From NCBI RefSeq assembly GCF_902713615.1, contig NC_052156.1, positions 109,111,858 to 109,175,857 of the forward strand: a DNA stretch of 64,000 nt, read 5' to 3'. Of this stretch, positions 11,476 through 24,549 are shown in pieces. Position 1 is the stretch's first letter, and every line of letters starts with the position of its first letter. Under the pieces are notes generated by a model that did no database searches, was not told the origin of the DNA, and saw nothing but the letters and a program-made list of their open reading frames with translations. A program made the position numbers and the translations under genes. The stretch is from Scyliorhinus canicula (taxonomy: Eukaryota).

Positions 11476-13784
11476 CAAAAGCTTACTAACTTTGGACAAG
11501 ACCAGAACATTGTGTATGGTTAGCCAGCCCCAGAGAACACCGTTCACACCTGTCCATCACCCCAGAGAAAAATACCATGCATGTTTGTTTTGGCTAACTG
11601 AGCCCTGTGCACCACCTTGAACTGGATTAAATTAAGCCAAGCACAAGAGGATGTGGAGTTGACCCTGCGAAGGGTAAAGCTAGACCACCTGACTTTCTAT
11701 CTCTCTGGAGGATCCCTGGGCTCTTGCCCGCCCAAATGAAAAAGAATTCTAATTTGTTCACTCTTAACAAAGAACAATTTGGGGAGAAAAGTGGAGAGAC
11801 ACTGAAAAAGAAATAAAAACTTTGGGAGGACGTTCATTTTAATAGTCTGAAAACCCAGCCCGCCAAGGACAAGGAGAGGTTACCCCGCTCTTGCAAGCCA
11901 GATTTGACTCTCTTAACCAGATGAGCATAATTTAATTTATGGAGCGAGGTACAATCGTGAGCCGCCCGGATTCCCAGGTAATGAAAACTTGATCTGGCAA
12001 GGTGAAACGGCAACATTCCCAGGTCGGCTCTCCTCATTGTGGGTTTCACTGGAAAGTTTTCCCTGTTGTCCAAATTCAACTTATACCCAGAGAATGAGCC
12101 AAAACTCCTAAGTAACTTCATTATCTCATCCATAGTGGATATTTGGTCCATAATATAAAGAAGCAGATCATTGGTGTACCAGGGCATCCTATGCTCCCTC
12201 CCTCCTCGATTTATCCGCTTCCATTTACTAGGAGATCTCAATGCTACGGCCAGCAGTTCAATTGATAAAGCAAATGAAAGGACAAACAATGGACATCACT
12301 GCCTTTTACCACTATTCAGTGGAAAATAACCTGAGCTCAAGGCATTTGTGCGAACATCACCAGTGGGGGCCCTATACAGTAACTGAATCCAGGATATGAA
12401 CTTTTGCCCAAATCCAAACCTCCCAAGAATTTCAAAGTGATATTCCCACTTCACCCTATTTAATGCCTTTTTGGCGTCCATGGAAACAATCACCTCTGGT
12501 TTGGGCACAGTGGGGGGGGGGGGGGGGGGGGGGGGGGGGTGGAGGTGAGTGCAGTATTTAATAGCCGACCATTGACAAAGCCTGTCTTGTCTTCCGAGAT
12601 CACCTTCAGGAGGCAGGACTCCAACTCAGTGCCAGCACTTTCACGAGTAATTTACCATCTGCATTCAAAAGTGAAATGGGTCGAAACAACCCACATTCCA
12701 CAAGGTCCTTTTCCTTCTTCGATATCAAAGAAATAGAGGTCTGCGCAAGTGTGATGGGCAAAGAACCCCGGGACAAGGAGTCATTAAACATATCTAATAT
12801 TAAAGGGATCAATTGTCCTGCAAGTTTCTTATAAAACTCAAAGGGGAATCTTTACCCATCTGCATTAACCCAATGCATTTCATAATTTCCTCGGGACCCA
12901 ACAAGGATTCCAACTCTGCATGATTCTCCCTCATCACCAATGGGCAGGATAACCCATCCAAAACCTCCGCCGTGGCCAAACTCTCTCCCAGGACTCCGAA
13001 CAATAGAGCAATCCCGACAAAATGTTTCAATAGTCCTGCTGACCTTGGGTGGGGCAGAAACCAAACTGCCACCCAAGCCTCTTATCTGCACAACCTCCCG
13101 GGAAGCAGCCTGCTGCCTCAGCTGATGAGCTAAAAGGCGACTGTCCTCCCCGTGTTCATAAAATACCCACTCGAAGGTCACAGCTGGCTTATCTGTTGAT
13201 AGTAAATCAAATTGCATCTGTAGCCTTTTCCTACACGGAAGCGAGCAGGCGAATATTGATGGTCTACCTCAAGGATGGAGTTCACCAGTCCCTGCTGCTT
13301 CACCCTCACAGTCCTTTCCATGTGTGTTTTTATCCCCCCCCCCCCCATGACCACCTGAAAGTCTTCCCACAACATAGAAGGTGTGATAGACTCACTTTTA
13401 TTAAATTTAATATTTCCTCCAAAGAGGAGGACATGTATTCGTAAAATCTTTTGTCCTCCAGCAATGCCATAGCCAGTCCCCATGGCGGACTTTGGGAAGG
13501 AACTGACTCTAGTGTCAAAGCCACAAAATGTGGGCCATAGTTTGAAATCAGCGTCACCAAATGCCCCGCCCTCTTCACCCAAGGGAGGAGTTACTTACCC
13601 ACCAAAAGGTTAATACGTGAGTAAACCTGATGGACGTGGGCGAAAAAAAAATATCTTTATCCCTCAAGTGCAAGGAAACACTACAGATCTGTTCCCCCCC
13701 CCCCCCCCCCCACAAAATCTGCTCCATGAAAACCAACAACGCCTTTGCCAACCCCAATGGAGTCAAAGATTTGGATCCAGAACA

Positions 13785-14389
13785 CATTGGAACAGGAGTA
13801 GGCCATTCAGCCCCTCAAGCCTGTCCTGCCATTTAATGAGATCATGGCTGATCTGTGGCCTAACTCCATATACCTGCCTTTGGCCCATATCCCTTGATAT
13901 CTTCGCTGAACAAAAATCTATCTAGTTCGGATTTAAATTTAACAACTGACCTAGCTTCAACTGCTGTTTGTGGGAGCAAGTTCCAAACCTCTACCACCCT
14001 TTGCGTGAAGAAGTGGTTCCTAATATCTCTCCTGAACGGTTTAGCCCTAATTCTTAGACTATGTCCCCTACTTTTAGAATCTCCAACCAGTGGAAATAAT
14101 TTATCTTTATCTACCATGTCTTTCCCTGTTAATACCTTAAATACTGAGATCAGATCACCCTTTAACCTACTAAATCCGAACGAAAACAAGCCTAATTTGT
14201 GTAATCTCTCCTCACAACCTAACCCCCGTAGTCCAGGTATCATTTTAGTAAACCTATGTTGCACTCGCTCCAAGGCCAAAATATCCTATGGTGTGGTTCC
14301 CAGAACTGCTTAGAATACTCCAAGTGGGGTCTAACCATGGTTTTGTCGAGCTGCAGCATAACCTCTGTGTCTTTATACTACAATCCTCT
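13785..14389 (-). mobile_element. CR1 LINE 3' end nested in the L1 endonuclease region
   Basis: ORF 13860..14279 (ALERVQHRFTKMIPGL...FFTQRVVEVWN); GAACA on both flanks (13780-13784, 14390-14394). Confidence 0.92.
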
Positions 14390-15022
14390 GAACATGGTTT
14401 AAACAAAGTTCAACAAGGTTTGAGCCACCCCTCACTGATGCGAATCCAAATCGGAATGGAGGCTAGCAGCTTGTTAATACAACCCGTATTGGCCCAATTT
14501 GGAGCATAAACATTAACCAGGTGCCCACCAAGGACCCACTAACAATCACATGTCTACCATTAGGGTTTCCCAAGTTCCTAGCGACTAAAAATGGAGCCCT
14601 GTTATTGATTAAAATAGTTGCACCCCGGATCCTGCCATCAAAGCCTGAATAAAACACTTAGCCCACCTGCCCCTTCTGCAACCTTATCTGGTCCCTGACC
14701 CACAAATGAGTCTCATGCAAAAACGCCACATCAGTATTCAAACTTTTATGGTGAATAAATACCCTTGACCTATTGACTGGGCCATTCAACCGCTTTACAT
14801 TCCAGGTGACCAAGCAAATCATGGCCTCCCAATCCCCCCTCGATCCAGAGTCAGCTATTTCCACCGAGAGTCTGTCCAATAATTACTTGGCGAGTACAGG
14901 CACCAGACCCACTCAAAATGGCTGCCAAACCCACGAGCAAGACACAAAAAGGAAAAGTCTGTAGCCATCGTCAGCAAGCTACTCCTGCTCCCCCCCCCCC
15001 CCCCCCCCCCCCCCCCCCATCT

Positions 15023-15358
15023 CAGCACGGTAGCATTGTGGTCAGCACAATCTCTTCACAGCTCCAGGGTCCCAGGTTCGATTCCGGCTTGGGTCACTGT
15101 CTGTGCGGAGCCTGCACATCCTCCCCGTGTGTGCGTGGGTTTCCTCAGGGTGCTCCGGTTTCCTCCCACAGTCCAAAGATGTGCAGGTTAGGTGGATTGG
15201 CCATGATAAATTGCCCTTAGTGTCCCTTAGTGTTGGGTGGGGTTACTGGGTTATGGGGATAGGGTGGAGGTGTTAACCTTAGGTAAGGTGCTCTTTCCAG
15301 GAGCTGGTGCAGACTCGATGGGCCGAATGGCCTCCTTCTGCACTGTAAATTCTATGAT
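15023..15358 (+). mobile_element. HE1-type V-SINE, near full length, nested in the L1
   Basis: cagcacggtagc head, ggttcgattcc B box, V core, tail ...ctgcactgtaaattctatga. Confidence 0.93.
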
Positions 15359-16309
15359 CTCCCTGCCTTCAAACAATACCAAACCAATACATTCAAAAAA
15401 TCAGAACTGTGAATAAAAAAAACCGCCAAAACCTACCTCTGCTAACCATAACCCCAAACAAAACAAAAACCCAAGCTCGTTATCTAAAACAAAAATAATA
15501 TAATGAGCTGCAATCACCCTCACTGCTCCATTTCCATTCACTAATTCTTTGGCTGGCAGGTCGGCCATTGCCCAGAGTAAAGAAAAATGACACAATGTAT
15601 TTAAAAAGTCCCTTAAAACATTGTACACCAACAGGGAGCTATATATTTCTCAAAACAGTTATAGCACGTAGAGCAAAACACCCCATAACATTAAATCCTC
15701 CCACCCTAATCCAACTTTCAAAACACTCATCCCACACAAGAACAAAGAAATGCAAACATGTGCAAGGAAATTCAACAACTCCCCACATACCCATCCCCAT
15801 CATCCAAAAACCTCAATCAACTCAGACCCAGCCCATGTTTTTTTACATCCGTCCAAGGCCCATCGAAAAAATAGTCTTTTGCCTCAAAAGTCTATCTGAG
15901 CCTCGCCGGGCACACTACCCCAAATCAAACTCTGCTTTTATACGGGGTGGCTTTGATCTTGTTAAATGCCACCCGCTTCTTTGTCAGCTCCGCATCAATG
16001 TCTTGATAAAGCCTGATGGCGTAGCCGTCCCATTAATAGTCACAATGTTCTTTAGCCCATCTCAAGACCCGTTCTTTGTCCTGGAAGCCGTGAACCTTCA
16101 CAGTAACAGCTCGAGGTGGTTTATTGGGGTGGTACTTCTGTCGAAGTGTCCGGTGGGCTCGATCCATCTCGGGGGGATGTTAATCCACCCTCCCCACCAA
16201 CTTCCCAGACATCCTCAAAGTATTCTTTGGGATGTGGGCCTTCCATTTCCTCTGTCAACCCCCACGACTCTAGTATTTTGCCTCTTGAAACGATTCTCGC
16301 AACCATCCA

Positions 16310-16760
16310 GAGAGCAAGAGAGAGACGCAGAGGCAGCGAGAGACGCAGAGGTCGAGAGAGACGCAGGGGCCGAGAGAGGCGCAGGGGCAGCGAGAGANNN
16401 NNNNNNNNNNNNNNNNNNNNNNNNNNNNNNNNNNNNNNNNNNNNNNNNNNNNNNNNNNNNNNNNNNNNNNNNNNNNNNNNNNNNNNNNNNNNNNNNNNNN
16501 NNNNNNNNNNNNNNNNNNNNNNNNNNNNNNNNNNNNNNNNNNNNNNNNNNNNNNNNNNNNNNNNNNNNNNNNNNNNNNNNNNNNNNNNACAGGAGAGAGA
16601 CCGACAGGAGAGAGACCGACAGGAGAGAGACCGACAGGAGAGAGACCGACAGGAGAGAGACCGACAGGAGAGAGACCGACAGGAGAGAGACCGACAGGAG
16701 CGTGACAGACAGGAGCGTGACAGACAGGAGAGAGACAGAAGAGGGAGAGAGAGGAGAGAG
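16310..16760. repeat. GA-rich minisatellite spanning an assembly gap
   Basis: 18-bp unit gagagacgcagaggcagc left of the Ns (16398-16588) and 15-bp unit acaggagagagaccg to the right. Confidence 0.9.
16398..16588. other. Assembly gap (191 N)
   Basis: Run of n. Confidence 1.
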
Positions 16761-17056
16761 ACCTCCATGCCCTTTATTGCTGGGCCATACGCTCTTACTG
16801 TCTCACTGGTCTTCTCCAACGCCGACCAAATGGGAGCCAGGCCATTTTCCATCGACTTACGGAGATCCCCCAACACAGGCCCTTGCTTCGTGAATGCCGC
16901 CGCAAAGCATCTCGGCCATTACTGAAGTGGCTGCAGCCCCAGAAGCTACCTCTGCCATTTCTCCACGAAGAGCCCTGAGAAGCCTCCGATTCGGTCGACG
17001 AACTTCTGCTTTCAAGTTTCTTCGCCCTCGTCCTTCTGGCATGTCCCTTATACATA

Positions 17057-17680
17057 GAGTCATAGATGCTTACAGCATGGAAACAGGCTGTTAGGCCCAG
17101 CTTGTCCGTGCCACCCAGTTTCTATCATGAAGCCAGTCCCAATCGCCCGCATTTGGCCCATATCCCTCTATACCCACCCTGCCCATGTAATTGTCTTATC
17201 TGCTTTTTAAAAACCAAAATCGTACCCACCTCTAGCACTGCCTCTGGCAGCCCGTTCCAGATGCTCACCATCTTCTGTGTGAAGAAATTTCACATCTGCT
17301 CTTTTTTTGTATCTCTCCCCTCTCACCTTAAACCTATGCCCTCTAGTTCTAGACTCCTCTGCCTTTGGGAAAAGATGTTGACTATCTACCTTATCTATGC
17401 TACTCATTATTTTATAGACCTCTGTATGATCACTCCTAAGTCTCCTACGCTCCAGGGAAAGAAGTCCCAGCCTATCCAGTCTCTCCTTATAACTCAGACC
17501 ATCAAGTCCTGATAGCATCCTCGTCAATCTCTTCTGCACTCTTTCCAGTTTAACAATATCCTTCCTGTAATAGGGTGACCAGAACTGAACAAAGTATTCC
17601 ATGTGTGATCTTATCAATGTCTTGTACAACTTCAACAAGATGTCCCAACTCTCATATTCAATATTCTGACCAATAAAACT
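17057..17680 (-). mobile_element. CR1 LINE 3' end inserted immediately upstream of the putative L1 ORF1 ATG
   Basis: ORF 17207..17701 (LKLYKTLIRSHMEYFVQFWSPYYRKDIVKLERVQ); tctatgactct tail. Confidence 0.9.
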
Positions 17681-19499
17681 ATCAATCCAGTGGGATTTCA
17701 AACAAAGATGCCCTCAGAAACTGGGTGAATAGGACTAAAAGTACAGTACCCTAACAGGAGGCACCCCATGTACATCCTCCCTCTACATACCGACACCAGA
17801 AACCCTTGCATGTATGTTTGATGCATGTAGGAGTTTTTATTGAGTAAAAAAATTTTAAACATCCAATCTTGATGTTTTCAACATTTCTGAATGTTTGCAC
17901 AGGAAAAGGCTAAACATGTATTAATATGTCAGTTAAAAACATTGTTTGAGCTGTTGATACAAAGAAGATCATCCCCAATCTTTCATTTCTGTATGTTACT
18001 TAGATCATCTTATCCTCAATCATTCTCTTTCCAACAACTTGCATTCATACAATGACTTCAGTGCAATAAATATCCTCGTGTACGTGCAGCAGTAATCACA
18101 CTGGCCTCCTTATTTCCATTTCGCTGGAATAAACTTCAGTTGTAACATTGCAAAAGATTCCTTGGATTCTACCGGGTGCCATCCTTTATTGATTATCTGC
18201 AGTGCCTTCAATTTGAATGTGGGCATAAGGAGGGTCTTTCCCAAGCTGTGCACTAACATGTCATAGTTTTATTGCTTCACATCGCTGTACCTAACTTGGA
18301 GAGCAGGAAGGCCAAGGTATTCCTTTTTTTAAGCAATTTGTAAAGCACATCTGGGAGGAATTATAATGTTTTTTAAAAAAATACCCGGTGAAAATTGCTA
18401 ACTAGATCTTATTTAATGTATAAATTCCTAATCATCAATAAATGGGAGCTAGTTTCTTAAATTTCAAGTTCCAGTTCATTCCAGATGGAAAATTCAAAAT
18501 GCTACTTGAGAGTTGTCGAGTTAAATCAATGACGATTTTAAAAATAAATCAGGAATTATTTTGATTAAAAACTATGAAAGGACCTTTTGGAAACAAAATT
18601 GAAATGACAGGCGGCAAAATGTGTACAAATGTGAGAGTGGAATAAAAATAACGGAACAAAACTCGGTGGATAGTTCATGTTTGTGTACATTTTCAATTTA
18701 TTTAAGTAAGTATGAGATGTATTTTATCTTATGACAACAGTGAACACTGTTTCCCATCCAAAGTCCCACTGTAGAGATTTGAGCCCATTATCTACGTTAA
18801 TCCTGCAGTGTTATACTGAGGAGTGTTGTACAGAAGAGGTGTCTCTCGATAAAGCTGCAAATGCCTTTGGAGGCTTTGAGGTTGTGAAGGGTGCTAAATA
18901 ATGACACGTTTTTTATGACCTAATATTTAATTTCAAAAGTTCTATTACTTAATGTGAAAATTGTGTATGTAACTTCCTTTTAACCTGATGATGGACAAGA
19001 AGGTAAAAATATATTTTGGTACAAAAATTAAACACTTTTTGGAAGCTTTAATTGTTGGAAAGCGTAACCTTTTTTCATGCTTCATACTCATGCTGTAACT
19101 CAGATAATGATTGTCTCGTCGCAAGTTTCAAAATCAGCTCCATGTAAGATAAAGTACCAAAGCACCTGAGATTTAAGAGAGGATTAATTTTCCGTAATTG
19201 GTTTATTTCATGTTCTTCGACTGAAACAACTTTGTAAATGTTAAGATTGTAACCAGAAAAAATAGGAAGGCTGCTATCAGAAGCATGTGTTGCTCAGAAT
19301 TTCAGGCTGCACAAATATAAAATTTCATGCTGAATTTGGAAGCAATACATTTAAGTGGTGAGTGTGTTTTGTCTAAAAAAAAGATTGTTGGGTCTATTTT
19401 GTTCGAGATTTGACAGATATGCTCGAAGTGAAGACAACATGGGACAGAATTGGTCGGAACACTGGTTGAGGGTGTGAAAATAAAGGGATATGGATATAA

Positions 19500-20225
19500 A
19501 ATTAAATGGAAGGGATGTAGGACAGAGAGATAGGGTATCTTTTTGAAGAAGGTTGTCAGGCTCCAGTGAGTGATCAAAGCAGGAAGCATGACAATGTTTT
19601 AAGAATTGGTTAGATAGGTAATGAAAGGAAAGGATGAATAAGGGAACAGAGCAGGAACAGGGATTAGTATTCGGCGGCTGGCCCTCGATTCAAGGATGAC
19701 ATCTACTTGGGGATAAAAACCCACGCGAACTGTTGGGACGGAATAGTTGGTGTCCATGTTGTCACTTCTATGCATCCTGTGAAGTTTACAAACTCCGCTC
19801 TGTTGGGGAAATGTTACATAATTGAAGTGAAACCAACCTGAAATGGAGTAAGTGATATCTCCCAGGGGTTAGTATTGGGCCACTTCTCTCCTGATTAATA
19901 GAAATCACCTGAACTTGGATATACAGGACATAATTTCAAAGTTTGCAGATGACTCATTCTGAAATGTAGAAAACCATGAAGAGAGCAGTAACAGACAAGA
20001 TATCAGAGTCTGGTTAAATGGCAGATGCCGTTTACTACAAAGATGTGAAATGATTATGCATCTTCAAAGGAAGAATAAGGAGAAACAACGTAAATTAAAC
20101 AGTAAAATTTTTAAAGTAGTTTCAGGAATAGAGACTGTGGATTCAGTGCACAATTCTTTAAATCTGGCAAGTTAAATTGAGAAGCCTTCTACAGAAATGA
20201 AATGGAATTATGGGCTTTCTACAGA
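19500..20225 (+). mobile_element. Old CR1 LINE fragments
   Basis: Decayed PQGLVLGP, KFADD (aagtttgcagatgac) and WQM motifs. Confidence 0.55.
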
Positions 20226-20754
20226 GAGGGGCCTGGATTTTTCCATTGGAGGCGGGAATCTGGAAGTGGGTTTGATTCTGGATTGTAAAGCTGCCCCTAT
20301 CCCAAAACAGGAAGCAGCTGTGTTTTGACCGAATATGAGTGTTAATTGTCTAATCTGGCAGGTTAGTTGTCCAATGATCCGGTACGGTCATGGGAATGGA
20401 GCCGAGTCAGCAAAAACATGGGCCACATTGTAACTCACTTCAACAGCAATTACTTTGTCTGTTGTTTGCACAATAACATTTCAGGATAAACGCTGGCAAA
20501 GTTAAAAATTGCCCACATTTTAAAGGGCTGGGGGAGGATTGAACCCAAGACAGGGTCAGCTTATGGCATGTTCCTTAAAATAAGTAAATTTTTATACAAT
20601 GGGTTAGGGCCTCTTTGTCCTGTGCAATGCCTGAAGTGCCACCTCCAGCAGCATCTTGCCATATAAATAAAGTTGCCATTATCCCAGACGACCATAACCT
20701 CCGAACCAGCTATCCAGCCAACTGAACTGAAATAGCCCCCGAGTTGTTGTGACA

Positions 20755-20990
20755 TAACAGCGGAAATGAAAGTAGCCATAGTCCCAGAGGACCACCGGCT
20801 GCTTTCTCCTTTGAAAGAGGGAGCTGACTCATGGTGAGTTAACCTGAGGGTCACCACACCTTAGGCAAGGGGCGAGGCTGAGAAGGCAGGGCCTTCATGG
20901 TGATCTCAGTCGGTACGGGAATTGAACCCACGTTGTTGGCATCGCTCTGCATCACAAACCAGCTGTCCAGCCATGTGAGCTAACCAACCT
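20755..20990 (-). mobile_element. tRNA-derived SINE with a head related to the (TTTCA)n-tailed family but a different body
   Basis: ggtacgggaattgaaccc...aaccagctgtccagcc...gagctaacc resembles 8762-8839; it lies within a possible GGGC...GCCC-type MITE (about 20229-21075). Confidence 0.7.
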
Positions 20991-21269
20991 CCCGCGTGCC
21001 ACATTGGCATAAAATCAACCCTGTCTCTGCTTCCATTGAGCTGGTCTGATTCCTGACCGCTGCTAAAGTCTGGCTGACTTGCTAAAATGCAGAATTTTTA
21101 CTGGGGACTGGCTTAATGAGCCAACAATGATGTACTTAATTAATAAGCACAGACCTGTTGCCAAGCCCCCTCCCTTCCCAAGTCTCAGGAAAATGGCAAT
21201 GGAGATGGCTGTTCCAGCCATGCTCCTTGGCAGCCATTTTGTTTCTACTATCATGCCTCCCTTCGAGCT

Positions 21270-22115
21270 GGTGGAGTGCAAAAGCAAGGAAGTTATGTTG
21301 AACTGTTATTGATCACTTGTTAGTCTTCAGCTGAAATTTTGTGTCTAAGTATGGGAACCATTTTTAACAATGATGTCTAAACTTTTGAGAGAGTACTGAA
21401 GACGTTTTGCAAAATAAATACCAATTATGTGGAGAGACCAAATAAGTTGGAATTGGATTCTGAAAAGATTAAGAATAGTTTTAATCAAGCACTCCAGTAC
21501 TGCGAAGGAGTCTGGAACAAAGGATTAGAGTCTCAGGATACTGGGTAGGTGATTGAGGACTGAGATGAAGAGAAGTTTCTTCAGTCAGAGGGTACTGAGC
21601 CTCTGGAACCTTCTACTACAGAAGGCAGCGGAGGCTAAATCACTGAATATATTTAAGAACAAAATAGATTTCTAGACTTATTGTGTCAAGGGGAATGAGC
21701 GCTGGCGTATGGTATTGAGGTAGATGATCAGCCATGATCATTTTGAATGGCGTAGCAAGCTTGAAGGGTCAAATGGCCTCCTCCTGCTCCGATTTTCTAT
21801 TTTGCTGTGGTATTGGTAGAGTAGATAGGGACCAATTGCAGGGGTGTTGGTGACAAGAGGGCACATATAATCTAACAAAGAAGCATGGGGAGATTCAGAT
21901 TATTTTTAAGCAGCAAGTTATGATGATCTGGAATCAACTCTATAAAGGGTGGTGGACGCTATTTTGTTGGGAACTTTCAAAAGGAAATTGGATACATACT
22001 TGAAAAGAAGAAAGGTGCGGGACCTGGGGAAGGAGCAGGAGATTGGGAGAGTTTGGGTGCTCCTCAAAATCAAGTGCAATCACAGTAGGCCAAACGGCCT
22101 CCGTTGCTTTGATCC
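21270..22115 (+). mobile_element. Two decayed CR1 LINE 3' fragments
   Basis: CKSKEVML motif; 3' ends gaatggc...aatggcctcctcctgctcc and GTFKRKLDTYLK. Confidence 0.7.
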
Positions 22116-23554
22116 TATGCATGTGTTGCAATAGAATCTTGTGTATGGTTGAACACTGGTGGTCTTATATATTTATTGATAAAAAGAGCTGAAAGTGCAT
22201 TGCTTAAATGTTTCATCGTATTTTGAGTTGCCTAAGTGTATTATAAATCAGCAAGTCACTAATGTAAATGTTGCCAAAGTTCAGTGCTCTTTCACTGACT
22301 ATAGATAAAGTTGAACCGAATAGTGATACCTGCTTTGTAATGCTCATCTTGCCATTATGATTTTCAATTTCGCACACCATTTACCATGACTCCAAGTAGT
22401 CGCATCTTAATTTTGTTTTTATTGGTTTGATGTTGCAGTTTGTACTGTGTTTAGAGTAGTTTGAAACATCAGAGTCTCTTGACATTCTGTGGCTGTAAGA
22501 AATGCCCTGTGCTCCTTATCCGAACAAGGAGTATGTCTTGGAACCAGATGTTCTCTATGGTAGCTGAGCATAGCAGCAGGAAACACGGCTGCCAAGTTTA
22601 CTCTCACCTTGGTACTACCAAAATTCTCTGCTCCATTGTGCCCATGACACAATCTTACATCAGTTAGTATTTTGGTTCCTTAGAAGTTGCCTGATATGCC
22701 TTTCTACCATACAATTCTAAATTTGTGCGAGTAATTTTCAGTAGCCTGAATGGCCTTAAATCCAATGATGGTGAGGCATTGAAGTATGCTTTTTATTAAT
22801 GGTATAATTTTTAAAATAATGCATTTTTATTTATTCATTCATGGGGTGTGGATGTTACCGGAAAAGGCAGCATTTATTGCCTGTCCCTAATTGCCCTTGA
22901 GAAAGATGGTGGTGAACCATCTTCTTGAACCATAATGGTCTGTGTTGAAGGTGGTCCTGTAGTGTTATTGGGTAGCACGTTCCAGGATTTTAACTCTGCG
23001 ACTATGATGTACTGTCTAAATAAAAGCTTCAAGATTTTTTAGAAAATCATTCTTAGGATGTGGGCATCACTGGCATTTATTTACCATCCCTAACTTTCCC
23101 TGCAAATGCGATGATCAACCTTCTTGAACTGTAAGCTTATTTGATCCAACTGAATTGGCTTGCTCGGCCAGAGAGCAGTTGAGAGTTAACTATATTGCTG
23201 TGGGGTGCAGTCCCATATATACCAGACTGAGTAATTACAGTGGGTTCCCTTCTGCAGTGTGCCAGTTGGAGTTGAACAACAATTCAGTACTTTAATGGCC
23301 ATTTTTTAGTGGCAGCATCTTTTTTTTCTGTATTCTGTCATCATCATCAAACTATATTTTGTTGGAAAATATCTTGCTCGGTTTGGATTGCCGCCTTTTC
23401 AGGTTTAAGGATCTGAAAATCTTGTCAGAAATATTGCAGAGGATGAAGAAATTGATTTCTTAAGAGATTTGTGTGGCTATATCTTGTACCACATTAAAAA
23501 CTTTGCTACTGTATTGATTTTTTTTTCCCTTCCTTTTTTGCTTCTGCTGCTTAG

Positions 23555-23669
23555 ATGAGCCTGAAACTCGCGATGCTTGGTGGGCAGAAATCCGACAAGA
23601 AATCAAGTCTCATGGCAAAGCTCTGGGATGCCATGCAGTGGTTGGATACAGTGAATCAACCAGCATCTG
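23555..23669 (+). CDS. C2CD5: C2CD5 coding exon (phase 1 to 2)
   Basis: Long pyrimidine tract, tag|AT...TG|gtatgt; DEPETRDAWWAEIRQEIKSHGKALGCHAVVGYSESTSIC. Confidence 0.97.
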
Positions 23670-24074
23670 GTATGTGTTTTATTTTTTCTATGAAACCTTT
23701 AGTGCATGTCCTTGGAATAGCTTGCAGAAAAATGTTGTGCTTTGCTATGCACACTTTATAAATGCTGTCTCAACAACCAATATTCTTGCAATTTAATGTT
23801 TGGCATAAGATGAAACACAGAACGTCTGTGTGTGGATTTTGTATATGTAATTATGTATGTAAAAGATATGCAATTAATGGCAGATTTATAAACGTTATAG
23901 TTTTGTGTGTAATATTAGTGGCCCATTGAAAGAGAAGACTGGTTTGGTTTGGGGGGAGGGCAGAATATTATGAATATTCTTTTGTTCAGAATACTCTTTC
24001 TCCCTCCAGTAAATGTATTTTTACTAATGTTGCTCTCTCGGAAGTTTTGAGTGTGGCACCCCTTGTTCCATTCA

Positions 24075-24410
24075 TTTGGGGAGGCAGTGATATTGCCATT
24101 GGGTTGGTAAGCCAAGAGACTAGGGTAATGCTCTGGGGATCCAGGTTCAGATCCCACCAAGGCAGGTGCTGACATTTGAATTCAGTAAAAATTTGGAATT
24201 AAAGGTCTAATGAAACCGTTTTCAATTGTCTTAAAAACCCACCAAGTTCACATGTCTGTTAGGGAAGAGAATCTGCAACCCATAACTGGCTTGGCTTGCA
24301 GCCCTCTGAAATGGCCCAGTAAACCACTCAGTTCAAGGACAAGGGTGATTAGGGATGAGCGATGGGCAATAAATGCTGGCCCAGCCAGCGACGTCCACAC
24401 CCCCTGCACG
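24075..24410 (+). mobile_element. Deu-SINE (SacSINE1-like)
   Basis: tRNA-like head (ggttcagatccc), body, and tail ttagggatg...gggcaataaatgctggcc shared with the LINE at 60305-61490. Confidence 0.7.
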
Positions 24411-24549
24411 AATTTTCAAAACGTTTGTGTGGATCAGAAAATTATTCACCACTTGCTGGCCCCCGTGGAAATGGGACCAACTGTTGACCTCCACAAGGCA
24501 CACAAAGTTAATTTAATGCCAATTTAACATCAATTTACATTTGCATTAG

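Larger units (their letters stand above)
9945..17805 (-). mobile_element. Near full-length decayed L1/Tx1-clade LINE with nested insertions
   Basis: In minus-strand order: putative 5' UTR (17681-17805), ORF1 pieces (MYKGHARRT...), endonuclease LVTWNVKRLNG...FLHETH (14658-14879), RT FRPISLLNAD / SMDAKKA / YTNDLLLY (11834-12812), C-terminal AFASLVARRRVLLGW, A-rich end near 9945. Confidence 0.88.

Noticed and set aside
15568-16925. 441-aa and 269-aa ORFs with RRETD or QERDR repeats
   Set aside because: They are antisense to L1 ORF1 and read through a minisatellite and an N gap.
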